From: a virus
Reading direction: 5' to 3' (one strand)
Length of the DNA: 64,000 nucleotides
Virus record (IMG/VR): IMGVR_UViG_3300025133_007837
Span: 69,840-133,839 of that record
Numbering within the stretch: position 1 is the first letter of the stretch; every line of letters begins with the position of its first letter. Positions 17,071 through 25,793 of the stretch are shown here, one piece after another. The notes under the pieces are model-generated. The model ran no database searches. It was not told where the DNA came from and saw only the letters and a list, made by a program, of their open reading frames with translations. A program made the position numbers and the translations under genes.

Positions 17071-17304
17071 TTACCCTTGGTAACGGTAGCTTCCCAGTAG
17101 ATCACCGCCCCAACCGGAGGCGATCTCTTGGCCGTCTCTTTCCAGCACCCATGGCCACATGTTGCCGTCAGCCTCTTGGGCTAGTTCGAGGGCTGCGTCC
17201 ATTGCTGAATGGTCTTTGCCTTCTTCGCCTGTGAACTTCTTGCTGCTCACGCGGTTGGTATCTTCGTTCTTCCAACTTAATTCGTATAACATCTTATCTC
17301 TCAT
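17071..17304 (-). CDS. hypothetical protein
   Basis: MRD start after a TTGACT-N17-TATACT promoter. Confidence 0.65.
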   Translation of the reverse strand: MRDKMLYELSWKNEDTNRVSSKKFTGEEGKDHSAMDAALELAQEADGNMWPWVLERDGQEIASGWGGDLLGSYRYQG

Positions 17305-17380
17305 AACTGGATATAGTATAGCACAATCCCCGCAAAAGTCAAGCGTTATTTTCATTTTTTTAAAAAAAGTTTTAGTGTCG

Positions 17381-17456
17381 TAAGTCATTGAGTATCAGAG
17401 ACTTACAGCGGCGGGCAGGGTGAGCCTCGCTAACTCTTTGAGGCTTAGTGGTTTAC
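17381..17456. repeat. bipartite element, copy 8 (most diverged; arms 50 bp apart)
   Basis: TAAGTCATTGAGTATCAGAGACTTAC...TAACTCTTTGAGGCTTAGTGGTTTAC. Confidence 0.8.
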
Positions 17457-17457
17457 G

Positions 17458-17649
17458 TTAGTCTTCGCAAAGACCTTCGTAGCCGAACCACCCACAGTCC
17501 TCCTCCACCGGCGAGGCGAAGTCGTGCTGCTGCATCTCTCGTGGGTCGATGCGATACCCGTCGTGCGAACCCTCAACGGGCGTGACGACCTGTTTGTCAT
17601 CCTGCGCGTTGAGCCAATCGATGTGTTGGTTCTTCATTCTATCCCTCAT
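17458..17649 (-). CDS. small acidic hypothetical protein
   Basis: MRD start after a TTGACA promoter; stop abuts repeat copy 8. Confidence 0.6.
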   Translation of the reverse strand: MRDRMKNQHIDWLNAQDDKQVVTPVEGSHDGYRIDPREMQQHDFASPVEEDCGWFGYEGLCED

Positions 17650-17867
17650 AACTGGTAAAATGATAGCACAGGTTGAGACATATGTCAACAATAAAGTGGG
17701 GGTATTTATGAAAAAAAACACGACACAATAGTCTTGACACGACGGGGGTGGCCCTTTTTTCAGTCTCCCCGAGCCTTCTAAGGGTTTCTAATTTACAACT
17801 TCGAAAAAATCCGCGGCTATATATAGAAAAAAAGCGCTTCTGATATATAAAATGTGTAAAAGTTGAT

Positions 17868-18026
17868 ATGACGCCTTTTGTAGACCCGGAGATAGTCAAA
17901 GATGCCGAAGAAAAAGATCTAGAACGGGTTATAATAAAAGGGGAGAGAGTGCTTGAAGTTTGCACCAATCCAAAATGCTTCGAAGACACATGTAAAGGTG
18001 AATGTGAATACAGTGAAGACGAGTAA
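17868..18026 (+). CDS. small Cys-rich protein (CTNPKCFEDTCKGEC), not in the ORF track
   Basis: 52-aa ORF 9 nt after GTGTA; motif shared with 28883-29029. Confidence 0.7.
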   Translation: MTPFVDPEIVKDAEEKDLERVIIKGERVLEVCTNPKCFEDTCKGECEYSEDE

Positions 18027-18049
18027 TACAAGTGCAGAAAGGATAAATA

Positions 18050-18238
18050 ATGCCAATACCAAACCCCAAAGGAGAAGAGAAGAGTGAATTCTTGAATAAA
18101 TGTATGGGAGACGACGTAATGACTACAGAGTTCGCTGACTCTAAACAAAGATACGCGGTCTGCCAATCCAAATGGAAAAAATCAAAAAGCGCCGAGTATA
18201 CCCCAGAAGATAAAGATTCCCAAGTAGTTATCTACTAA
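18050..18238 (+). CDS. conserved small phage protein (MPIP.P...EFL.KCM...QRYAVC)
   Basis: Recognisable phage domain. Confidence 0.75.
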   Translation: MPIPNPKGEEKSEFLNKCMGDDVMTTEFADSKQRYAVCQSKWKKSKSAEYTPEDKDSQVVIY

Positions 18239-18735
18239 TGGACATCAAGACAATAGATAATAAGGGACTTAAGGAATTAGTGTCCCTACGCTTCCCCAAT
18301 AATCAGAAAGATCCAACTACAGACAGAGACTACGCGTATCTAGACTTAGATTGGGTGGAAAACGAAGCCTACCAAGGCTACAAACACTGGTTGTCTTTGT
18401 TCAACTTTGGTAGAGGCATACATAACTCTGACTGGAAGCCCAACTTTGACTGCGAGGACTTAGCCAACTCATTTAAAATATATTTAAAGCTGCTGCACGC
18501 GGAAGCCAACCCTTATACTTTCTCTGAGCGCAGAAAAGGTAAGGAGAACCTCGTAAATACAGAATCAGCTTTAGTGGGGACAATCTTCTATAGAAACTCA
18601 ACAATGAGCGCTCACTCAATAAACGTTTTCTTTGACGACGAAGAAGACTCGCCCAAATTCTTTGAGCCGATGTACGGCAAGTTTATAAACCTTAACCAAA
18701 ACGAACAGGACAGCATATGGTACGTAGAATTTTGA
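18238..18735 (+). CDS. papain/transglutaminase-like cysteine protease fold protein
   Basis: FDCED...HSIN...FFEP triad-like pattern. Confidence 0.55.
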   Translation: MDIKTIDNKGLKELVSLRFPNNQKDPTTDRDYAYLDLDWVENEAYQGYKHWLSLFNFGRGIHNSDWKPNFDCEDLANSFKIYLKLLHAEANPYTFSERRKGKENLVNTESALVGTIFYRNSTMSAHSINVFFDDEEDSPKFFEPMYGKFINLNQNEQDSIWYVEF

Positions 18736-18823
18736 CAAAATTATTTGGAATCAAAGCCCTTGAGGACTATAAACAAAAGGTTGTATTAAAACCCAAGTAC
18801 CTTAAAGTAAAGGACTCTCAAAA

Positions 18824-19009
18824 GTGACCGAGGCACAACGAAATAATGAGGTCGTCTGTAGGACGAACAGCCTCATAACTATGCTAACCTGCTTCAATAA
18901 CCAAATCATAAGAAAACCCGAAGAAGTACAAGAAACTTTGGAAAAAATTCAAGCTGAGACTCAAAACTATAAAGACAGGATCGCTAAATGTTCCGATCTT
19001 ATAAATTAA
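18824..19009 (+). CDS. hypothetical protein
   Basis: ORF; start uncertain. Confidence 0.5.
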   Translation: MTEAQRNNEVVCRTNSLITMLTCFNNQIIRKPEEVQETLEKIQAETQNYKDRIAKCSDLIN

Positions 19010-19015
19010 GAAATT

Positions 19016-19243
19016 ATGACAGTAGAAGAAGCAAAAGAGTTAGAGATAAAAATAGCAAATGACATTTTAAATAATGCTCAACTCTCAGCAATAATCCAGC
19101 TAGTATCGGAAGAAGCTAAAACTAGGGCAAAAAAGGTCGTTTCCGACGCAACTCCAGAACAGCTCATCGAGATGAAGAATAAATTCGAAGAGTTAGAGAA
19201 AGAAATGGCAGAAGCAGAAGCTGGAACCATCAAAGAATTCTAA
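19016..19243 (+). CDS. hypothetical helical protein
   Basis: ORF. Confidence 0.65.
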   Translation: MTVEEAKELEIKIANDILNNAQLSAIIQLVSEEAKTRAKKVVSDATPEQLIEMKNKFEELEKEMAEAEAGTIKEF

Positions 19244-19245
19244 AA

Positions 19246-19521
19246 ATGTGTCCTCTTTGTGAGTTAAAAATAATTCTTAACGTTTACGACGACTCTGATC
19301 CTAGATGGATCATCATGGACTGCATGACCTGTATTCTTCCTATGGCGGTTTGGAGAGGGGAGCCTTTACATACCATGGACATCTCCAAAAAAGACACAGA
19401 AGATATGGAGAACGCCCTTAGGAAAGTCGGAGAGGAAAAATTTGGGAAAGAAAAATTCTTTATAGATAAGGTTCAAAGAGAAATTCCTGATCACCTACAT
19501 TGGCACGCGCGGCCTCTATGA
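19246..19521 (+). CDS. HIT-like protein
   Basis: N-terminal CPLC and C-terminal PDHLHWH histidine triad. Confidence 0.6.
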   Translation: MCPLCELKIILNVYDDSDPRWIIMDCMTCILPMAVWRGEPLHTMDISKKDTEDMENALRKVGEEKFGKEKFFIDKVQREIPDHLHWHARPL

Positions 19522-20159
19522 ATATAGTTTGTTTTAAAGTGGGGGATCTGTATAGCGCAGAACACGTTAATAAGCTATACAATATGGTAAAAAGAAATAC
19601 CACTTACGACTTTAACTTCATCTGCTTCACCGAACAACCTAAAGATATAGAAAAACACATTGACGTAAGGCCTTTACCATGCGAAGGGCTATATCATTGG
19701 TGGAATCGAATGGCGCTTTTTAAAAAGGGAGTTCTAAGCGGGCCTTGTATAAATATTGATTTAGATGTGGTGATACACAACAACATAGACGAGGTTTTTG
19801 AGCTAGACGATAGTTTTTACATGGTTCCAAGAAACTGGATCGGAGGAGGGGTTCATATTGGCTGTTCGGGTTATAATGATTGTGTCGTGAAATTCAACGC
19901 AGACAAACATAACTTTATGTGGGACATGTACCAAGAAGCCGGAGACACTGCATTATTTGGTACTCAAGTTGACAATGCTATGACTTTAATATTAAAACTC
20001 GGGAAGTACGAGCATAAACTTTTTCCTCAAGAGTGGTTTTGGAGATTTTGGAATAAAGAACATAAAAACGAAAAATCTAAGTTTTGTCATTTTTCAGCAA
20101 ACAATGACCATAAACAACATACGATAGATGATGAGTTCGTAAAGGAGCACTGGGTATGA
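19518..20159 (+). CDS. GT-A fold glycosyltransferase (GT8-like)
   Basis: VCFK.G..YS..HVNKL.NMV.RN, WWNR, DLD (DxD). Confidence 0.75.
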   Translation: MNIVCFKVGDLYSAEHVNKLYNMVKRNTTYDFNFICFTEQPKDIEKHIDVRPLPCEGLYHWWNRMALFKKGVLSGPCINIDLDVVIHNNIDEVFELDDSFYMVPRNWIGGGVHIGCSGYNDCVVKFNADKHNFMWDMYQEAGDTALFGTQVDNAMTLILKLGKYEHKLFPQEWFWRFWNKEHKNEKSKFCHFSANNDHKQHTIDDEFVKEHWV

Positions 20160-21262
20160 CTAAAAAAGTTGCTTTATGTTTCTCTGGTTTGCCTAACTCA
20201 ATAAACAAGAACAAAGGCTACTGGCTGGAACTTATTGATAAGTACGACGTAGATGTATACGCAAGCCTCTGGAGTGACGAAGAGGGCTTATCTCAAGAAG
20301 GAGATACTGTAAGTAATTTTATAAACGTATACAATCCTATAAAAATAGAGGTAGAAAAGCACGAAGACTTTCAAAATAATACATATAGATTTTTAGCGGA
20401 AGAGTTCGTCTCATCTGACTGCTTTTCGCAGATAAGCACTTACAAGGGTAGCGCTATTAGCTTAGATCAACCTCGTATTTCACATGAAACTGGCAGAATT
20501 TACGCTATGTTGTATAAGATATGGAAGACAAATATTTTAAAAGACTCTATTGGTAGAAAATATGACATTGTGATTAAAGCTGAGACCTGTTCGTCTTACC
20601 CTGATTTAAATCTCTTTACAGAAGACTTTGGGCATAAGTCGGAAAACTGTATAAGTCTGCCATACTACCACCATCGGTACAAATATAACGACTTGAGTAA
20701 AACTGCCTTAAACCATTGGGTCGCTTTCGGGCCGCCTTCTTTAATGAATTATTATTGTTCTGCATTTACTTACCTAAGGAAGTACTATGATGATGGCATT
20801 GCTATATGCCCAGCAGAGAATATTATGACATATCACCTAGAAAGGAGATCCTCTATTCAATTAAGACTGTTTTTCAACCAAATATTTAGAAAAGGTTTTA
20901 TGATTTGGAATGGGGATACAAATAGTTTTCATTGTTGGGGCAAAGTAGGAAAGCCTGCCTATATAGACCCGAGAAGCTTCTACGTTCGGTCTGGGTATTT
21001 AAGTCGGATAACTGCCGACACACCAAAACAGATAAAATGCAATATGAAAGAGTCTCTTCCGTTTTCTAATTCGCCAATTGAGATACAGAAAGAATCCTCA
21101 TACCTAAAAGTCACTCAAGGTGGAGTACCGACTCCCGGAAACACATACCCAAAAATTAAAAATTATAATAAAATACTAAAAAAAGACAAATACGATAACA
21201 TTTTACCTGTATACGAAAAAATAAAAACAAAAACAGATTTTAATATTGCTTACGAAATATAA
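20156..21262 (+). CDS. putative glycosyltransferase (KVALCFSG family)
   Basis: KKVALCFSG N-terminus, MLYKIW, YDIVIK; lies in a glycan gene cluster. Confidence 0.55.
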   Translation: MTKKVALCFSGLPNSINKNKGYWLELIDKYDVDVYASLWSDEEGLSQEGDTVSNFINVYNPIKIEVEKHEDFQNNTYRFLAEEFVSSDCFSQISTYKGSAISLDQPRISHETGRIYAMLYKIWKTNILKDSIGRKYDIVIKAETCSSYPDLNLFTEDFGHKSENCISLPYYHHRYKYNDLSKTALNHWVAFGPPSLMNYYCSAFTYLRKYYDDGIAICPAENIMTYHLERRSSIQLRLFFNQIFRKGFMIWNGDTNSFHCWGKVGKPAYIDPRSFYVRSGYLSRITADTPKQIKCNMKESLPFSNSPIEIQKESSYLKVTQGGVPTPGNTYPKIKNYNKILKKDKYDNILPVYEKIKTKTDFNIAYEI

Positions 21263-21273
21263 ATAACTTGAAA

Positions 21274-22158
21274 ATGAGAGTATTGGTCACAGGCGGCACT
21301 GGTTTTATAGGGTCTCGTTTAGTAAAAAAGCTAGATAAGGCGGGGCATGATGTAATAAGTATTGATAGAGCTCTTAATTCTGTTAATTTTCAGGAATATA
21401 ATTATGTTTTGGCGGATCTTTGTAATCAATCTGACTTAACTAGGCTAAGATATAAATTAGATGGAATAGATGTTGTTTATCATTTAGCAGGAAAGAAAAA
21501 TTTACAAGAGTCTTTTGATAGAGTTCTTTATTATCATAACTCTAATGTAGTTGGCTCGCTTAATTTACTGTCGCTTTGCGAAGATGCAGGCGTTAAAAGG
21601 TTTGTTTTTGCTTCGTCTGCTGCTGTTTATAGTGAGCCCGACGTGAATTTGCCTATTGTCACAGAAGACCTCTCCCCAACAGACCCAGCCAGCCCATACG
21701 GACTACAAAAACTAACAGTAGAGAAATATTGCAAGATTTATAGCCGAAATACTAATCTAGACACAGTTAGCTTGAGATATTTTAATTTATTTGGCCCCGA
21801 AACCCAAAGTGGCGTGGTAGGGGCTATGTTAAATAAACATAAAAATGGAGAAAAGTTGACTATTTTTGGTGACGGCACTAATTCTAGGGATTTTATTCAT
21901 ATTGATGATGTAGTTGACGCAACTATAGCCGCCGGAGAGCACAATGAGGCCCATAATGGAGAAATCTACAATGTTGGCTCTGGTGAACCGACGTCTGTCA
22001 ATGATATTGCTTTTTGCATTTGCAAAGATGACAAAAACATAACAAGACTCCCTGCTCAGCAAGAAGTTTCTTCTATTTATTGCTCAATAGAAAAAATTAC
22101 AAAAAAGTTAGGATGGCAGCCTAATACTAATGTATTGAAGTGGCTATCTAATCAATAA
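21274..22158 (+). CDS. NAD-dependent epimerase/dehydratase (SDR, GalE-like)
   Basis: TGGTGFIG, SSAAVY, YGLQK (YxxxK), RYFNLFGP, RDFIHIDD. Confidence 0.92.
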   Translation: MRVLVTGGTGFIGSRLVKKLDKAGHDVISIDRALNSVNFQEYNYVLADLCNQSDLTRLRYKLDGIDVVYHLAGKKNLQESFDRVLYYHNSNVVGSLNLLSLCEDAGVKRFVFASSAAVYSEPDVNLPIVTEDLSPTDPASPYGLQKLTVEKYCKIYSRNTNLDTVSLRYFNLFGPETQSGVVGAMLNKHKNGEKLTIFGDGTNSRDFIHIDDVVDATIAAGEHNEAHNGEIYNVGSGEPTSVNDIAFCICKDDKNITRLPAQQEVSSIYCSIEKITKKLGWQPNTNVLKWLSNQ

Positions 22159-22337
22159 TTTTTATATTTAAATTTTTTAATTCATATTAATTTATTTTTA
22201 TTAATTTGTTTCAGGAAAAGACGCTTTACGCGCTCTTAGCGCACTCAAAATTTTTACAAAAAAAACTTGAAAAATGTGTAAGGTACATGTACAATACTAA
22301 AACTGGCTCTAAGTAGAGCAAACCTTTTTTTATAATT

Positions 22338-23042
22338 ATGAAGAAATTAGTAGTAGCATTAATGCTCACGATTGGTCTGCATAGTATTTATGCAGAGGAC
22401 GCCGCTCCTGTGTCTTTGACACTTGAGTCGGGTTACGTAGATACCCATTATATCAATGGTGTACCTAGGGTTTCAGAGGCTCCATTCGTTGGTGCAACAT
22501 TTGTAAAGCCTAACGCTTTACTGGGGTTGGATCTAACGGGTGGCGCTCTGTTGACTGTTCCAGAAGAAGATAATTCTGAGTCTCACTGGAATGTAGGGGT
22601 TGGTAAAACACTTGGTTTCGAAAACTTTGGTTTGAGAACCAGTGCTGAGCTCTGGAGGCATCAAAGTGGTGTTCCAAACATCCCTGACAGTACCGAGGCA
22701 GCTTTAAAAGTAGGGTTGGTAAATCCTATCGTAAGTCCTTTTGTTAAGCTTGTGAATGACTTCGAGCTTGGCCAAAAAGGCTATGCTGTAGGAGCAGAGG
22801 CAGAATGGTCTCTCTGGGGCGTTGGGATTACACCAAACGTTTCTTGGAGTAAATTTGATGACTACGAGTCCGTTGTCGCTTCTACAACCCTTTCTTACGA
22901 AACAGACGTCTTAGGAGGTCTAACTCCTTTCGCTACTGTTAATTGGGTGGATAACGACTTCGACGTGACTAATTTCGACTTCGCATCTTATGAAGCAAGT
23001 GGAGATTGGTCTTGGCTCGTGGGACTTAGGTATAAATTTTAG
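22338..23042 (+). CDS. outer-membrane beta-barrel protein (TorF/TIGR02001-like porin)
   Basis: Signal peptide, amphipathic strands, C-terminal GLRYKF; near amtB. Confidence 0.65.
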   Translation: MKKLVVALMLTIGLHSIYAEDAAPVSLTLESGYVDTHYINGVPRVSEAPFVGATFVKPNALLGLDLTGGALLTVPEEDNSESHWNVGVGKTLGFENFGLRTSAELWRHQSGVPNIPDSTEAALKVGLVNPIVSPFVKLVNDFELGQKGYAVGAEAEWSLWGVGITPNVSWSKFDDYESVVASTTLSYETDVLGGLTPFATVNWVDNDFDVTNFDFASYEASGDWSWLVGLRYKF

Positions 23043-23075
23043 TACTGACGTCAAGGAGACACACGCTACGAACCC

Positions 23076-23105
23076 AACCCTCGCTCTAACGAGCGGGGGT
23101 TTTTT
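23076..23105 (+). terminator. Rho-independent terminator
   Basis: AACCCTCGCTC/GAGCGGGGGTT stem followed by a T-tract. Confidence 0.8.
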
Positions 23106-23180
23106 ATTAGACTGAGTCTTAAATTAAGTGTATAACGAAAGACACCTGCTATTTGTTAGAGGGTGGATTTGTGCAATAAT

Positions 23181-23477
23181 ATGAAGAAATTGACAATCAG
23201 TAAGATCGGCGTACTTCCTTTCGCAAACTTTTTTGGTTTGTTAGGGGCGGTTACGGGTGTCGTTGGCGGAATCGTACTTCCAGTGTTGGCTGTAATTGCC
23301 GCAGGGAACCTCGGTGATGTTGACGCAGCAATTAAAAGCGTAAGTACCGCAGCGACAGCTGACCTAGGCAAAGTAGTCGGCTTGGGTATTGGTGGATGGA
23401 TCGGCGGAGCAGTTTACGCTTGGATTACTAACGTGGCACTTAAAGTCACTAAAGGGGTTACTCTCGAAGTTAAGTAA
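23181..23477 (+). CDS. small two-TM membrane protein (DUF3566-like)
   Basis: KLTISKIGVL..., two Gly-rich TM helices, GVTLEV end. Confidence 0.65.
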   Translation: MKKLTISKIGVLPFANFFGLLGAVTGVVGGIVLPVLAVIAAGNLGDVDAAIKSVSTAATADLGKVVGLGIGGWIGGAVYAWITNVALKVTKGVTLEVK

Positions 23478-23499
23478 TCTGAACTACAAACCTACTGCT

Positions 23500-23532
23500 A
23501 ATCCCTCACCAGTCAAACGGTGGGGGATTTTT
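23500..23532 (+). terminator. Rho-independent terminator
   Basis: AATCCCTCACC/GGTGGGGGATT stem followed by a T-tract. Confidence 0.8.
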
Positions 23533-23630
23533 CTTTGCCTACTGTACAAAAAGACACAGGGAATTTAACAGGATCTACTAATATATAGGGTTTTCTATGG
23601 GTGGCATTATTTCTGCTTTATAGGAACCTA

Positions 23631-24845
23631 ATGGAAGACGTAAAATTCATCATAGATAACCTTTGGGTTCTAATATCAGCTTTGTTGGTATTTATTATGC
23701 ATCTGGGCTTTTCTAGCTTAGAAGTCGGCTTGACAAGACAAAAGAATACAGTAAATGTTTTGTTCAAGAATCTTTTTATTATTAGTATTGGTTTAATCAG
23801 TTATGCTTTAATAGGTTTTAATACAATGTATCCCGGTGAGCTATTTAATGGCTGGCTGAGTATAGGGGGGCCTATTGGCTTTTCAGATGATACTGCAAAT
23901 CTAACAAAAGCATATGCTGACTATACATATTGGACAGATTTTCTGTTTCAAGCTATGTTCGCAGCAACAGGAGCAACAATAGTATCAGGGGCAGTAGCGG
24001 AGAGGGTAAAATTATCTTCTTTCTTATTGTTTGCTACTTTATTAGTTGCTATTGCTTATCCTATAGCTGGAGCTTGGAAATGGGGAGGAGGATTCCTAGA
24101 TAAAATGGGATTTTATGATTTCGCAGGTAGTAGTGTCGTGCATGCCTTCGGAGGGTTTGCTGCCTTAGCTTGCGCTTGGCTTTTAGGGCCTAGGGCAGAT
24201 AAGTATAAGGACGGTAAAATAAACGCTCTACCGGGCCATAGTATGCCTTTAGTGGCTATTGGCGTCTTCCTACTGTGGTTTGGTTGGTATGGGTTCAATG
24301 GGGGTAGCGTATTAAGCGCAGATCCCGCCTCTGTATCCTTTGTATGCGTTACGACATCCCTTTCGGCTGCAGCCGGTGCTCTATCTGCGATGCTTTTCTC
24401 TTGGTTTAAATCAAAGAAGCCAGATTATACTATGACAACGAATGGCGTGCTAGCCGGATTAGTGGGCATAACCGCAGGGGCAGATGTAGTTAGCGTTTGG
24501 AGTGCATGCGCAATCGGGGCTATCGCCGGTATTATATTGTGCTTCGCTTCCTCTTTTATTGAGAGGGTGATTAAGATTGACGATCCAGTCGGTGCTATCG
24601 CTGTTCATGGAGTGTGTGGCGTATGGGGAACGGTTGCCGTAGGCATATTTTCTTCAGAGCATTCAATACTGATTCAATTATTTGGAACATTAGTAATAAG
24701 TTTATTTTCTTTCTTGTTTTCTTTGTTAGTATTTGGTAGTATTAAAAAGGTATTAGGGGTTAGAATAAATGGTGAGCTAGAAGCTAAAGGGTTAGATCTT
24801 TTAGAACATGGCCATACTGCTTATCCAGACTTTCAAGTAAGTTAA
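23631..24845 (+). CDS. amtB: ammonium transporter (Amt family)
   Basis: FQAMFA, SGAVAER, DFAGSSVVH, WFGWYGFNGGS, NGVLAGLVGIT, DDPVGAIAVHG; twin His retained. Confidence 0.96.
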   Translation: MEDVKFIIDNLWVLISALLVFIMHLGFSSLEVGLTRQKNTVNVLFKNLFIISIGLISYALIGFNTMYPGELFNGWLSIGGPIGFSDDTANLTKAYADYTYWTDFLFQAMFAATGATIVSGAVAERVKLSSFLLFATLLVAIAYPIAGAWKWGGGFLDKMGFYDFAGSSVVHAFGGFAALACAWLLGPRADKYKDGKINALPGHSMPLVAIGVFLLWFGWYGFNGGSVLSADPASVSFVCVTTSLSAAAGALSAMLFSWFKSKKPDYTMTTNGVLAGLVGITAGADVVSVWSACAIGAIAGIILCFASSFIERVIKIDDPVGAIAVHGVCGVWGTVAVGIFSSEHSILIQLFGTLVISLFSFLFSLLVFGSIKKVLGVRINGELEAKGLDLLEHGHTAYPDFQVS

Positions 24846-24865
24846 TAATAAAATAATATTATTGC

Positions 24866-24889
24866 AAGCCACCCTTCGGGGTGGTTTTT
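24866..24889 (+). terminator. Rho-independent terminator
   Basis: GCCACCC-TTCG-GGGTGGT followed by a T-tract. Confidence 0.85.
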
Positions 24890-24984
24890 ATCTATTCATT
24901 ACTTGTCCTAAATATAGTCTTTAATGGCCCGTAAATGCCCCCTCACGGCGTTTTTGTCATAAAGAGGTATAATGTGGTGTATAT

Positions 24985-25173
24985 ATGTTTGCTATGTGGA
25001 AAAAACTAAAAAACCTATTCAAAAAGAAGCCCAAGGCAGAACAAGAGACTAAAACTTTAGACCAAGTCTTAAAAAAGATACCTGCGAGAGCAAATGAGAC
25101 AATTGAAGAGACAAGAGCGCGAGTAAAGGCAAATAAGAAAATAGTTTCAGCTAGAAGAGCAAAAAAAATGTAA
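24985..25173 (+). CDS. small basic hypothetical protein
   Basis: ORF. Confidence 0.55.
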   Translation: MFAMWKKLKNLFKKKPKAEQETKTLDQVLKKIPARANETIEETRARVKANKKIVSARRAKKM

Positions 25174-25174
25174 T

Positions 25175-25522
25175 TTACCTTGTTTTTCCCCAGTATTTAT
25201 GCTCGTAGTCTGGAGTGTTTTCCTCTCTCATGGCTTCTATCCATTCAGGGCTGGAGTTTTTATCTAAAAGGTTATGGCTCCCGCTATTGGTGTCTGCGTG
25301 AGGTTCCCACAGTCTAGCTAATGCAAAAAGCTGAGCCTGCTCATAACTTAAGGCGGCTACTAAGACACAAAACTTGTTTAATATCGATCTTCGAGGCGGA
25401 GGGTTTATTCCGCGTTCAATTTTGCGCCATTCCCCTTTCGAGACACCAAGCATCATGCACAGTTTTTTAGTGTCTTTGAACCGTGCGGATCTAAGCTCTT
25501 TTAAATACAAATGGAATTTCAT
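25175..25522 (-). CDS. XRE-family helix-turn-helix protein
   Basis: YLKELR...LC.MLGVS..EWRKIERG.NPPP. Confidence 0.75.
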   Translation of the reverse strand: MKFHLYLKELRSARFKDTKKLCMMLGVSKGEWRKIERGINPPPRRSILNKFCVLVAALSYEQAQLFALARLWEPHADTNSGSHNLLDKNSSPEWIEAMREENTPDYEHKYWGKTR

Positions 25523-25531
25523 TTATGTTTT

Positions 25532-25786
25532 TCATACATACAAATCAAAGAACCCTCCTTGGTTTATCATCACCTCAGCATTTAGTATAGCATTAAATTC
25601 TTGAATTTCATCTATGTGTTTAATCGTATCAATATCTTCTAATTCTTTAGCTTCCGTTAATCGTGAAGATTCTATTTCTTTATATACTGCTATAGTTTGA
25701 CCTTCCTGTGTTATGCCTTCTATATTCATTCTTCTTTTATGCAGTTTATTAAAACAAGCAGAAACAACAATATGGATATTACCCAA
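25532..25786 (-). CDS. hypothetical protein
   Basis: ORF; start may be the ATG of MNIEG. Confidence 0.5.
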   Translation of the reverse strand: MGNIHIVVSACFNKLHKRRMNIEGITQEGQTIAVYKEIESSRLTEAKELEDIDTIKHIDEIQEFNAILNAEVMINQGGFFDLYV

Positions 25787-25793
25787 AGTCCCG

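Noticed and set aside
8750-17456. CRISPR array interpretation of the recurring 74-bp elements
   Set aside because: The intervening segments are 0.25-1.9 kb and contain whole genes, the repeats are bipartite and degenerate, and no cas genes are present.
17639-18166. 175-aa - strand ORF
   Set aside because: Antisense to two better-supported + strand genes (17868, 18050) and spans the divergent intergenic region.
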